Shown here: piece by piece, positions 1 to 8,993 of the stretch
How the letters are laid out: each line of letters begins with the position of its first letter
Numbering within the stretch: position 1 is the first letter of the stretch
NCBI GenBank assembly: GCA_020636325.1
Contig: JACJYC010000009.1
Coordinates: 175,926-239,925 of the forward strand
From: Lewinellaceae bacterium
GTDB taxonomy: Bacteria; Bacteroidota; Bacteroidia; Chitinophagales; Saprospiraceae
DNA: 64,000 nucleotides
Direction: 5' to 3'
Notes under the pieces: model-generated
The model's input: only the letters and a program-made list of their open reading frames with translations
Told to the model about the DNA's origin: nothing
The model's database searches: none
Made by a program: the position numbers and the translations under genes

Positions 1-21
1 TTCTTACGACTTACGACTAAC

Positions 22-486
22 TCAATTGTTCGTGCGTTCAACCAGCGTAGGGAATGTGGCTCCGGTATAGTGGTTGAAGGGCTGATCGCTTTTCAGCGGC
101 AGCTGGTATTGTTTGATGAAACCCAGGAGGAAAGCCCGGATCTCATCGGTTTTGACATTCCGGGAATCCTGGCGGAGGAGGTAGCCGATATGGTCGATCT
201 TGCCTTCGGGGCTCCAGAATACGTGGAACCAGATCCTGACGCCTTTCAGGTCGTAATTGATCTTGGCAGCGTAGGCGTCCATGGCCTTCATCATGTCCAG
301 CCAGTGGTCAAAAGCGGCTTCGATGTCCATATTGCTGGCTTCCAGCAGGGACTTGGTGTACTGACGGGTCAGTTGCTCGTAGGCTTGTTCGTTCTCGCCG
401 AGCATAAAGACTTTCGGGATGGCATTTTCCTGGGCTTTTACCAGAAAAGGCAATACCAACAACAGGGATAACATAACTTTTTTCAT
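22..486 (-). CDS. hypothetical secreted protein (N-terminal signal peptide MKKVMLSLLLVLPFLVKAQ)
   Basis: 154-aa ORF with a classic signal peptide; no recognisable motif. Confidence 0.5.
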   Translation of the reverse strand: MKKVMLSLLLVLPFLVKAQENAIPKVFMLGENEQAYEQLTRQYTKSLLEASNMDIEAAFDHWLDMMKAMDAYAAKINYDLKGVRIWFHVFWSPEGKIDHIGYLLRQDSRNVKTDEIRAFLLGFIKQYQLPLKSDQPFNHYTGATFPTLVERTNN

Positions 487-544
487 GCAGGTAAATTTTT
501 ACAAAGATAATGAATCAGTTGATTGAAACGTGTAATGTGAATGT

Positions 545-840
545 GGGATTGTTCAATTGATCCGATTGATTGGATTGTTCGATTGATCCGATTGATTCGA
601 TTGATTGGATTGGGGGCGTGCGCCGGTTGGTCAGCTTAATCGAAACATTCGAAAAATCGATCTAATCGAAAAATTGGTCCGATTGATTCGATTGATTCGA
701 TTGATTGGATTGATTCGATTGGTCCGATTGATTCGATTGATCCGATTGATTGGATTGATTGGATTGATTGGATTGGGGGCGTGCGCCGGTTGGTCAGCTT
801 GATCGAAACATTCGAAAAATCGATCTATTCGAAAAATTGG
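545..840. repeat. intergenic tandem array: two ~170-bp units, each made of degenerate 9-mers (GATTGATTC/GATTGGATT) plus a conserved core TTGGGGGCGTGCGCCGGTTGGTCAGC...ATCGAAACATTCGAAAAATCGATC
   Basis: Read directly: the core repeats at 600-680 and 770-840; the 9-mer arrays at 545-600 and 690-770. Confidence 0.8.
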
Positions 841-938
841 TTTGTCATCATTCAAAAGATCTTTTTAATCGTCAAATATGTTATAATAGTCTAAAGTATG
901 CTGTGATTAAACGTTTTATATCGTAATTTCACCCCGTT

Positions 939-1547
939 ATGGCAATAGACATCATGTGTGCGATCCTGGCGGTTTACGGATTCTACCTGGGTTTCAGCCG
1001 GGGGATCATCAAGACCGTCTTTACGGTGGTTGCCGTTATGTTCGGGATACTCGCAGCGGCCAAGTTCGGTCCTTCGATGACGGACTTTCTGCAATCCATC
1101 TTCAATTATCACAATCCGCTGATGTTTCTGGCGGGATTGCTGCTTACCTTTGTCCTGACGATGGCCGGCATCCGTATGCTGTCCAACGGTCTGGAAGGCG
1201 TTCTTCAATCGGCCAATATCAATATCATTAACCAGATCTCCGGCGGCGTGGTGATGGCCCTGATCCTGGTGGCTTTCTTCAGCGTGCTGGTCCTGTTCGG
1301 CAACAAGAGCCATATCATAGACGACACGACCAAGGAGGATTCGATCACCTACCCGATGCTGGAAAGAATGCCCGATCAGCTGCTGGCTGCCGGAAAGGTC
1401 GTCAAACCCGTGTTTTCAGACTTCTGGCAGTATTCGGTCGATTTTATGGACCGGCTTGAGAACATGAACGTCGAACGAACGGAAAAAGACAACGTATTCG
1501 ATATTGATGACGAAGACAGCAGCAAAACAAGCGACTCCCGCCGCTAA
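939..1547 (+). CDS. cvpA: CvpA family membrane protein (colicin V production protein-like)
   Basis: N-terminus MAIDIMCAILAVYGFYLGFSRGIIKTV matches the CvpA pattern (IDxxxxxxxxxGxxRG) followed by TM helices; acidic C-terminal tail. Confidence 0.65.
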   Translation: MAIDIMCAILAVYGFYLGFSRGIIKTVFTVVAVMFGILAAAKFGPSMTDFLQSIFNYHNPLMFLAGLLLTFVLTMAGIRMLSNGLEGVLQSANINIINQISGGVVMALILVAFFSVLVLFGNKSHIIDDTTKEDSITYPMLERMPDQLLAAGKVVKPVFSDFWQYSVDFMDRLENMNVERTEKDNVFDIDDEDSSKTSDSRR

Positions 1548-2244
1548 GCCAACCCGGCGGCTTTTTCTCCTGCTTTTTATCGCCTTTTCCCTCGGCAACC
1601 TCATCTCGGTTGCCCTCGATTCCGCTACCGGCAATTTAGTGACCAAGCCCTTCCTCATGCTTTGGCTGGGGCTGTACGCTTTTTGGCGTTTCGGCAGGCC
1701 GTTGACCCGCCCCGATCGCCTGATCCTTTCCGGGCTGGGGTTCTCGCTCGTAGGGGATATCCTGCTGCTTTTCCAGGGCCGCGACACCCTGTTTTTCCTC
1801 GGTGGACTGGCCAGTTTCCTTTGCGCCCATTTTTGTTATATCCTGGCGTTTGCCGGCAAAATGACCGGCCCCGGCGCCGTACAAAAACGGCCGTGGCTCG
1901 CCCTGCCGTTGCTGGCCTACGGCGGCATTATGCTGGTCTGGTTGTGGCCGGATCTGCCGGCAGCCTTCCAGGCGCCCGTAGCCCTGTATACCCTGGTCAT
2001 CACCATTATGGGCATTGCCGCCCTCAACCGGTTGGGCGCTATGCCTTCCACCGCCTTCCGGCTGCTTTTCGGCGGCGCCTTGTTCTTTATCCTGTCCGAT
2101 TCCACCCTGGCTGTGGCCAAATTCATGGGCGACACGGTGACCCTTCCGCAGGCAGGACTGATCATTATGATTACGTATTTGCTGGGGCAGTGGGGAATTG
2201 TGGAGGGGTGGGGGAAGGATGAGAGGGAGGCGTTCATCAGGTGA
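1504..2244 (+). CDS. YhhN-family (lysoplasmalogenase-like) polytopic membrane protein
   Basis: About 8 predicted TM segments with conserved His/Asp-containing helices (CAHFCYILAF, ILSDSTLAV) typical of YhhN. Start uncertain because of a 44-bp overlap with the upstream gene. Confidence 0.45.
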   Translation: MMTKTAAKQATPAAKPTRRLFLLLFIAFSLGNLISVALDSATGNLVTKPFLMLWLGLYAFWRFGRPLTRPDRLILSGLGFSLVGDILLLFQGRDTLFFLGGLASFLCAHFCYILAFAGKMTGPGAVQKRPWLALPLLAYGGIMLVWLWPDLPAAFQAPVALYTLVITIMGIAALNRLGAMPSTAFRLLFGGALFFILSDSTLAVAKFMGDTVTLPQAGLIIMITYLLGQWGIVEGWGKDEREAFIR

Positions 2245-2322
2245 ATCCTGCGCCGGTGTAAATTTCCTTTCAAAAAAAGATCGGAGTGGACAATTTTGAT
2301 CCGGAATCAAAATAGTTCATCT

Positions 2323-4242
2323 ATGAAAAAGATCATTTTTTGCTCCTTATTTCCATTCAAGTTAATTTTTCCGTTGTTCCTTTTATTCATTTCGGTCGGA
2401 CTGGCGGGCCAGGGAAAAACGCCGATCAGCCGGGCGGAAGAATTGCCGCGAAGGACCTACGCCTTGACCGGTAAGGTCAGCGCTGTTTACCAGGATGACG
2501 AACAGATCCGGAACATGGCCGACTACGCTTATCAGGTCCTGTCAGCGGATCTGGAGCAATTCGATATTCAGGACAAGTCCACGCTGGCCGGTTATCATTC
2601 CATTCTGATGCTGGCTGAATTCAGCAAGGGCCTGTATCCGGATGTGCTCAAAAGGCTGGAAGCGTTGAAGCAGCTGGAGGATAAAGAAGAGGAACGGGCA
2701 ACCATCGGACTGACCATGAGCGCGGTTATCCGGGCCATCAAAACCGCAGGCGCCGGTTCAGGCCCAGCTTTCGAATCCGCCTTCAAACGCGAATATGCGG
2801 CGAACCTTGACGCCGGCAACCCCGATTATATGCGCCGGTATGCCGAACAGACCCGGGTAGGGCTTTCCCTGCTCGATCCTGAAAAGAGTTTGGCGGGTTT
2901 GGACGTCCAACTCCAACCGTTCCTTGATAACGGGAACGGTCAGGTGCCGGAAAGCATAGCGTTCTCCATCATGGCTTCCAGGGTCGGGCTTGACTTCAGG
3001 CTCGGCATCAAGGCGCCTGCCCTGGAAATCCTGGACGGGTGGCTGGCCGCCCATCCTCAGGCGGAAGATCAGGTAAAAGGAGATTTTTGGGAAGAGCGGG
3101 CTGCCGCACCGTCCGGAACCGGATCAGAAGTGGTGGTAGCCGTTTGGGATACCGGCGTGGATCCCAAGCCGTTCGGGAGTCAGATCTGGGTGAACCCCAA
3201 TGAAATTCCGGGGAACCAGAAGGACGATGACGGCAACGGATTTATCGATGATGTCAATGGAATCGCATTCGACCTGGACAATAAGCGGTCGTTGGGTCCC
3301 TTGCTGGAGCAGCGCGCCCTGACTTACCCGGTTGCAGACCTTCAACGGTGGTCGAAAGGGGCCATGGACCTTCAGTCCGGTATCCGATCCGCGGAAGGCG
3401 CCGCATTTCAGGAAAAATATATGAGCCTGAAACCGGAAGAAGCCGTTCCCTTTCAGGAGGATCTGACGTGGTACGGCACTTTTGCCCACGGCACTCATGT
3501 AGCAGGCATTGTAGCCGCCGGCAATCCATCCGTCAGGATCATGTATGCCCGGTTGTCGTACGATACGAAGGTAACGCCCAGGCCCTATACGGACGAAACC
3601 CAGTCCAACCTGGTACAGATGTATCAGGATGCGGTTGCCTATTTCAAAACACATGGCGTAAGGGTGGTCAACATGAGCTGGCGCTACAACGCCGACGGCT
3701 ATGAGAGTGTCCTGAATCTGTACGGTATCGGAAAGGATGAACAGGAGCGTAAGGCCATGGCGCGCAGGTGGTTTGAAGCGGAGAAATCGGCCCTGGCAGA
3801 GGCGATGCGGTCGGCGCCGGAGATCCTTTTCATCTGCGGCAGCGGCAATGAGAACAATGATGCCGGCTTTGCAGAATACATTCCGGCCGGCATTGATCTG
3901 CCCAACCTGATCACGATCGGCGCCGTAGATGACAAGGGCATGCGCACATCGTTCACTACGGAAGGGGCGAGCGTTGACTTTTACGCCAACGGATTCGAAG
4001 TAGAGAGTTTTGTCCCGGGAGGCGATCGCCTCAAGTTCAGCGGCACCTCCATGGCATCGCCGCAGGTAGCCAACCTGGCTGCCCGCCTGCTGGCGATCAA
4101 CCCTCAGTTCAGCCCCCGCGAAATCGTGGACATGATCCGGGCTACCGCAACGCCTGACCTGGAAAACAAGGGCATATTGCTGATCCATCCCCGAAACGCC
4201 GTTCAAAAAGCGCTGAAAATGCCGGAGGACGGCGGGCGATGA
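2323..4242 (+). CDS. S8 family serine peptidase (subtilisin-like), secreted
   Basis: Catalytic triad motifs VAVWDTGVD (Asp), HGTHVAGIVAAGN (His), GTSMASPQVANLAARLL (Ser); signal peptide MKKIIFCSLFPFKLIFPLFLLFISVGLA. Confidence 0.85.
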   Translation: MKKIIFCSLFPFKLIFPLFLLFISVGLAGQGKTPISRAEELPRRTYALTGKVSAVYQDDEQIRNMADYAYQVLSADLEQFDIQDKSTLAGYHSILMLAEFSKGLYPDVLKRLEALKQLEDKEEERATIGLTMSAVIRAIKTAGAGSGPAFESAFKREYAANLDAGNPDYMRRYAEQTRVGLSLLDPEKSLAGLDVQLQPFLDNGNGQVPESIAFSIMASRVGLDFRLGIKAPALEILDGWLAAHPQAEDQVKGDFWEERAAAPSGTGSEVVVAVWDTGVDPKPFGSQIWVNPNEIPGNQKDDDGNGFIDDVNGIAFDLDNKRSLGPLLEQRALTYPVADLQRWSKGAMDLQSGIRSAEGAAFQEKYMSLKPEEAVPFQEDLTWYGTFAHGTHVAGIVAAGNPSVRIMYARLSYDTKVTPRPYTDETQSNLVQMYQDAVAYFKTHGVRVVNMSWRYNADGYESVLNLYGIGKDEQERKAMARRWFEAEKSALAEAMRSAPEILFICGSGNENNDAGFAEYIPAGIDLPNLITIGAVDDKGMRTSFTTEGASVDFYANGFEVESFVPGGDRLKFSGTSMASPQVANLAARLLAINPQFSPREIVDMIRATATPDLENKGILLIHPRNAVQKALKMPEDGGR

Positions 4243-4326
4243 GGCCGCTTATGTCTTGTTGCGGAAAATAGCGCCATACCCGCTTTTGACCGCCAACCAA
4301 TTCACTGGAATTTTGTTGAACGCTCA

Positions 4327-5373
4327 TTGTTAATCCGGGGGCCGTTGAAGAATAAACGAATATATTGGCTGTGCCAGATCGGCGGTTGGAGCGGGATGGT
4401 GGCGATTGAAACCGTCAACTATACGTTTTTCATTGTCGGCAAATTCGACCTTTACTATTTTTTGGGGTTTGCCTACGGCGCAATACTAGGGATTTTTTCC
4501 ACGCATTGGTTCAAACGGTTGATTTCAGGCACGGCTCTTTTTGGCCGGTCGAGGTCAACTGTTTGGATCATTGCCCTGGTTTCCACCCTGGCGTTGTCGG
4601 TCTGGATGACCATCCTTACGCTGATCCCGCCGGCGTTGGGGAGCCTGAAAGCGCTGTTGGCTCAGCTGAACCTGCTCAACTTTTTGGCGAGCGTCGTCAA
4701 CTGGATGCGGTACATCGGCGTATGGGTGATCATTTACTTCATGTACCACCTGCTGGAACACAATAACGAAATCCGCCAGGAAAGATTGAAAATGGAAAAC
4801 CTGGCCCAATCCGTGGAGCTTGAGCTGCTGAAAAAGCAATTGAACCCGCATTTTCTGTTCAATGCGCTGAACAGCATCAAGGCGCTGGTGAATATAGATC
4901 CTGAAAAAAGCAGGGACGCTATCGTGAAACTGAGCGAGCTGCTCCGGTTTACGCTCAATTACGGATTGAAACCGGTGGTCACCCTTGAAGCGGAAATGGA
5001 TGAAGTGCGGAAATACCTGGAGTTGGAAAAGATCCGCTTCGGCAGCAGGCTCAAAGTGATCTGGGAAATCGAAGAAAAATCAAAAAAACTGACGATTCCG
5101 CCCGCTTCCGTCCTGACCCTGGTTGAAAATGCGATCAAACACGGCATCGCCAAACACCCCGGAGAATCCGTAGTGCGGATAAAAACTTCTGTGATGGAAA
5201 CGGATTTCGGGATCGAGGTCGCCAATTCAGGCCTGCTGGATCAATCCGACGGGGAAGGAATAGGATTGAGATACCTTAAAAAGCGGTTGGAAAACGCCTA
5301 CAAAGGCCGGTCGCGGTTTGAGATTTTTCAAAGTGACGACCTGGTAATCGCCAACATTAAAATACCGGGATGA
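4327..5373 (+). CDS. sensor histidine kinase, LytS/YehU type (His_kinase PF06580 plus HATPase_c)
   Basis: TM N-terminal region; LKKQLNPHFLFNALNSIKALV phosphoacceptor block typical of LytS-type kinases; C-terminal ATPase motifs. A 4-bp overlap with the downstream regulator suggests an operon. Confidence 0.8.
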   Translation: MLIRGPLKNKRIYWLCQIGGWSGMVAIETVNYTFFIVGKFDLYYFLGFAYGAILGIFSTHWFKRLISGTALFGRSRSTVWIIALVSTLALSVWMTILTLIPPALGSLKALLAQLNLLNFLASVVNWMRYIGVWVIIYFMYHLLEHNNEIRQERLKMENLAQSVELELLKKQLNPHFLFNALNSIKALVNIDPEKSRDAIVKLSELLRFTLNYGLKPVVTLEAEMDEVRKYLELEKIRFGSRLKVIWEIEEKSKKLTIPPASVLTLVENAIKHGIAKHPGESVVRIKTSVMETDFGIEVANSGLLDQSDGEGIGLRYLKKRLENAYKGRSRFEIFQSDDLVIANIKIPG

Positions 5374-6086
5374 TGCCGATCAGAACAATCATCGTAGACG
5401 ACGAGCCGCTGGCCGTGGCGGAATTGGCCACCCTGTTGAAGCTGCATCCGGAGATCGAGGTGTCGGCTACTGCCGATCGGGTGGAATCCGCTGTTCCCGC
5501 CATTCGGGAATTGGCGCCGGATCTGGTCTTTCTGGATATCAATATGCCGGGAAAAAACGGATTCGAGCTGCTGGAGGAGCTGGATTCGGCCCCTTTGGTC
5601 ATTTTTGTCACGGCTTATGACGAATACGCCATACGCGCTTTTGAAGTCAATGCCCTGGACTATATCCTGAAGCCGGTCAATCCCCAACGGCTGGCTGAGG
5701 CGGTGGAGAAAATAAAGAAGCAATTGTCATCGCCCGAAATCCCCGTCCGGCTACCCCTGGACAAGCGCATTTTCATTAAAGATGGCGAGCAGTGTTTTTT
5801 TATAGAAATAGGGGAGATCTTCCTGATTGAAAGCGTTGGCAACTATGCCAGGATCCATTTCCAGGACAAAAAACCGATGTTGCACAAATCGCTGAACCAA
5901 CTGGAGGAAAAGCTGCCGGCCGAATTTTTTTTCCGGGCTAACCGGCAGTTCATCTTTAATCTGCGGTTTGTCCGCAACATCGTTCCTTTTTTTAACAACA
6001 CCCTCCAGGTGGAGTTGCAGAACGGCGTCAAAATCGAAATGAGCCAGCGTCAGAGCATTCAATTCAGGCAGACGGCCGGCATCTAA
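5370..6086 (+). CDS. LytTR family two-component response regulator
   Basis: Receiver domain IIVDDEPLAVAEL...LVFLDINMPGKNGFELL; C-terminal LytTR DNA-binding domain. Confidence 0.85.
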   Translation: MMPIRTIIVDDEPLAVAELATLLKLHPEIEVSATADRVESAVPAIRELAPDLVFLDINMPGKNGFELLEELDSAPLVIFVTAYDEYAIRAFEVNALDYILKPVNPQRLAEAVEKIKKQLSSPEIPVRLPLDKRIFIKDGEQCFFIEIGEIFLIESVGNYARIHFQDKKPMLHKSLNQLEEKLPAEFFFRANRQFIFNLRFVRNIVPFFNNTLQVELQNGVKIEMSQRQSIQFRQTAGI

Positions 6087-6097
6087 ACCGATACCTT

Positions 6098-6718
6098 ATG
6101 GATATGTTGCCTTCAGCCCTGGAAAAACAAGGATACCGCCTGCTCGACCGGTTGGAACACGACCAACTGGCGCCCTTCATACAGCTGTATCTCTACAAAA
6201 AACGGACAAGCTCCGCCTACCTTTATTACGCCGCCAACCTGTTTGGGCTTGCCCTGATCATCGGGCTGTTCCTGGCCGGCAACCAATCGGAGCAGTTTGC
6301 GTTCGGGGAGGCCTTTTCCCGCCTGGCGCTGGGGTTTGCACTGGCTTTTATCCTGGTGCCGCTGCATGAATACATCCACGTACTGGCTTATCGCTCCCAG
6401 GGCGCCCGGAACACCTCATACGCCATGGACCTCAAAAAATTCATCTTTCTGGCGGTGGCCGACCGGTTTGTCGCCGGCCGGAAGGAATTCCGGGTGGTGG
6501 CCCTGGCCCCGTTCACGGTCATTTCCGTGATCCTGCTGGCGGCGATGCCCTTTGCCGGCCCGTTGTGGCAATTCACGTTGGCCGGCATGCTGTTCACCCA
6601 TACGGCCTTTTGCGCCGGCGATTTCGGGTTGCTGGGGTATTTCCGGTATCACCGGGATAAGGAGGTGGTGACGTATGACGATGCGGAGGAAAAGGTATCT
6701 TATTTTTTCGGCAGATGA
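6098..6718 (+). CDS. DUF3267-like putative membrane zincin (HExxH) protein
   Basis: TM helices with PLHEYIHVLAY HExxH motif embedded in a membrane segment. Confidence 0.45.
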   Translation: MDMLPSALEKQGYRLLDRLEHDQLAPFIQLYLYKKRTSSAYLYYAANLFGLALIIGLFLAGNQSEQFAFGEAFSRLALGFALAFILVPLHEYIHVLAYRSQGARNTSYAMDLKKFIFLAVADRFVAGRKEFRVVALAPFTVISVILLAAMPFAGPLWQFTLAGMLFTHTAFCAGDFGLLGYFRYHRDKEVVTYDDAEEKVSYFFGR

Positions 6719-6823
6719 TTTTATAGGTTAAATCGGATTGTCGCCTGATGTGTTTCATAATTTCCCGTCAAACAAAATCCAATCTCCCCGGGGTACTCGT
6801 ATCTAGGTATGAAAGCCTAAAAA

Positions 6824-8179
6824 ATGACTATCATGCAACCTAGAACTAAAAGTATCCTCTATACCGCGCTCATCGCGGTTTGCCTCCTCTTCGGCGCATT
6901 CATTTTTGTGAACGGCCGCACCAAGGTCGAATTTCCCGGATTGATGGAACGGACCGGCCCTCTGGCCAAAGAGCTCGAATGGGATAAAACCCGCCAACGG
7001 GTGGATCAGTTGATGACCAAGCTGGAGAAAAACCCGCAAGACACCAAATCCATGCTCCTGCTGGCCAAAGAATACATGCAGGAAGCCCGCGTGACCGGCA
7101 ATTTTTCCTATTACAATACCGCATCGCTGGATCTGGCGGACAAGGTGCTGGCCCTCGATCCGACCAACCTGGACGCCGTCTGCTACAAGGCCATGGCCCT
7201 GTTGTCCCAACACCGCTTTGCCGAAGGGCGCCGGGTGGCCATGGACGGTCTGAAGATGAACCCTTACAACTCCTTTATCTACGGATTGCTGGTGGACGCC
7301 AACGTGGAAATGGGGGATTATGACGAGGCGGTCCGGATGTCGGACAAAATGAATCAGGTGCGGCCCGATCTGCGTTCCTATTCGCGGGTATCGTACCTGC
7401 GCGAGATCTTCGGCGATCCGAACGGCGCCATTGAAGCCGTCAACATGGCCGTCGAGGCGGGCTATCCCGGCCGGGAAGATACGGAGTGGGCCCGCATGGT
7501 GCTCGGCCACCTGTACGAAGATACCAACCGGCCCGATCTGGCGCTGGAGCAATACAATATTTCGCTTTCCCATTATCCGAACTACCCCTTTGCCCTGGCC
7601 GGCATCGGACGGATCATGCGCTATAACAAGGACTACTCCAAGGCCATTGAATATTTCGAAAGCGCCCGCGACATCGTTTCCGACGGCTCTTTTTTTGCGG
7701 AACTGACCGACCTGTACCGCCTGAACGGTCAACCCGAAAAGGCCGAAGAATGCGCCCGTGCGACCCTCAACGCCATGCTGGCCGACAATGCCGCCGCCAA
7801 CCGGAACCAGAACGAAGGCCACTACGCGGACTACGAACTGGCCAACCTCTACCTGAAACTGGGCGAACCGGACAAGGCCTATGAACACGCCAGGAAGGAG
7901 TACGACCGGCGGCCGCAGAATATCGATGCCAATGAGACCCTGGCCTGGGTACTGTACAAGCAGGGCAAGGCCGATGAAGCTGAACGTTACGCCAGGGAAG
8001 CCTTGCGCACCCGTTCGCAAAAACCGGAACGGCTGGTGAAAATGGGCCTGATCCTGTCTGTCGCCGGCCACCGGACCGACGGAGACCCCCTCATCGATAA
8101 AGGCATGGAATTGAAGCCGTATATGGACGAGGAATTGGTGGAAACCGTGAATGATTACCGGGAACGCACACAATCCTGA
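6824..8179 (+). CDS. tetratricopeptide (TPR) repeat protein with N-terminal TM anchor
   Basis: Multiple TPR-like repeats (AxxxY/AxxxxP periodicity), single N-terminal TM. Confidence 0.7.
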   Translation: MTIMQPRTKSILYTALIAVCLLFGAFIFVNGRTKVEFPGLMERTGPLAKELEWDKTRQRVDQLMTKLEKNPQDTKSMLLLAKEYMQEARVTGNFSYYNTASLDLADKVLALDPTNLDAVCYKAMALLSQHRFAEGRRVAMDGLKMNPYNSFIYGLLVDANVEMGDYDEAVRMSDKMNQVRPDLRSYSRVSYLREIFGDPNGAIEAVNMAVEAGYPGREDTEWARMVLGHLYEDTNRPDLALEQYNISLSHYPNYPFALAGIGRIMRYNKDYSKAIEYFESARDIVSDGSFFAELTDLYRLNGQPEKAEECARATLNAMLADNAAANRNQNEGHYADYELANLYLKLGEPDKAYEHARKEYDRRPQNIDANETLAWVLYKQGKADEAERYAREALRTRSQKPERLVKMGLILSVAGHRTDGDPLIDKGMELKPYMDEELVETVNDYRERTQS

Positions 8180-8228
8180 ACCCATGGCAAATCAATTACC
8201 CTTTCTCCGCAAACCGGCGCAGAAATGG

Positions 8229-8867
8229 ATGCTGGCCTTGTGCCTCCTGTTCATCGCGCCGGCCTTATTCGGTCATACCATCAATTACGACATGGCCAGG
8301 TTGTCCCAACTGGGTGTGGGATGGGCGTACCTGAAGCTGGGTTTTACCCATATCCTGCCCTACGGGTTCGATCATTTGCTGTTCGTATTGAGCCTGTTTT
8401 TCCTGAATTCGCGGCTGAAGGTCATCATCTGGCAGGCCACGGCTTTTACCGTAGCCCATTCGATTACGCTGGGGTTGGCCATGTACGGCTTCATCAAGCC
8501 CCTGCCCGCTGTCATTGAACCCATCATTGCGCTTTCTATTTTCTTTGTGGCCATGGAGAACCTCCTGGTCAGGGAGTTGAAGGCTAGCCGGCTGGCTATC
8601 GTTTTCCTGTTCGGACTGGTACACGGCATGGGCTTTGCCGGCGCGCTGGCGGGCCTGGGCCTGCCGCCTTCGGGGTACCTGGTGTCGTTGCTCAGCTTTA
8701 ACCTGGGGGTTGAGTTGGGGCAAATCACCGTGATCCTCATCGCCTGGGGTGCAGCCGGGTACTGGTTCGCAAAGAAACCCTGGTACCGTACGCGAGTCGT
8801 GAACCCGGTTTCTATGGCCATTGCGGCGGTGGCGCTGTACTGGACGATCGAGCGGACGTTTTATTGA
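8229..8867 (+). CDS. HupE/UreJ family metal-transport-like membrane protein
   Basis: Signal peptide then HTINYD...GFTHILPYGFDHLLFVLSLFF with conserved His residues typical of HupE/UreJ_2. Confidence 0.7.
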   Translation: MLALCLLFIAPALFGHTINYDMARLSQLGVGWAYLKLGFTHILPYGFDHLLFVLSLFFLNSRLKVIIWQATAFTVAHSITLGLAMYGFIKPLPAVIEPIIALSIFFVAMENLLVRELKASRLAIVFLFGLVHGMGFAGALAGLGLPPSGYLVSLLSFNLGVELGQITVILIAWGAAGYWFAKKPWYRTRVVNPVSMAIAAVALYWTIERTFY

Positions 8868-8993
8868 GGAATTCGGATTTGACGGCACAAGGCCTTGGCG
8901 GGCGGAGGAGGAACTGATTATTTGTTGAAATTTGTATATTTGGGTTGGTTGCGTTCTGATCGCATGGATCACATTGCTGAGAAAACCTAACAC

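Noticed and set aside
605-855. ORFs encoding LIRLIRLIGLIRLV / INPINRINRTNR peptides
   Set aside because: Translations of the GATTGATTC tandem array
1662-2222. 186-aa plus-strand ORF in an alternative frame of the YhhN-like gene
   Set aside because: Pro/Arg/Gly-rich off-frame product overlapping a frame with regular TM-helix periodicity
3124-4206. 360-aa minus-strand ORF over the S8 peptidase gene
   Set aside because: Opposite strand carries the complete D/H/S subtilisin motifs
6803-8185. 460-aa minus-strand ORF over the TPR gene
   Set aside because: The plus-strand frame has regular TPR periodicity and a signal/TM start; the minus-strand frame is a compositional artefact
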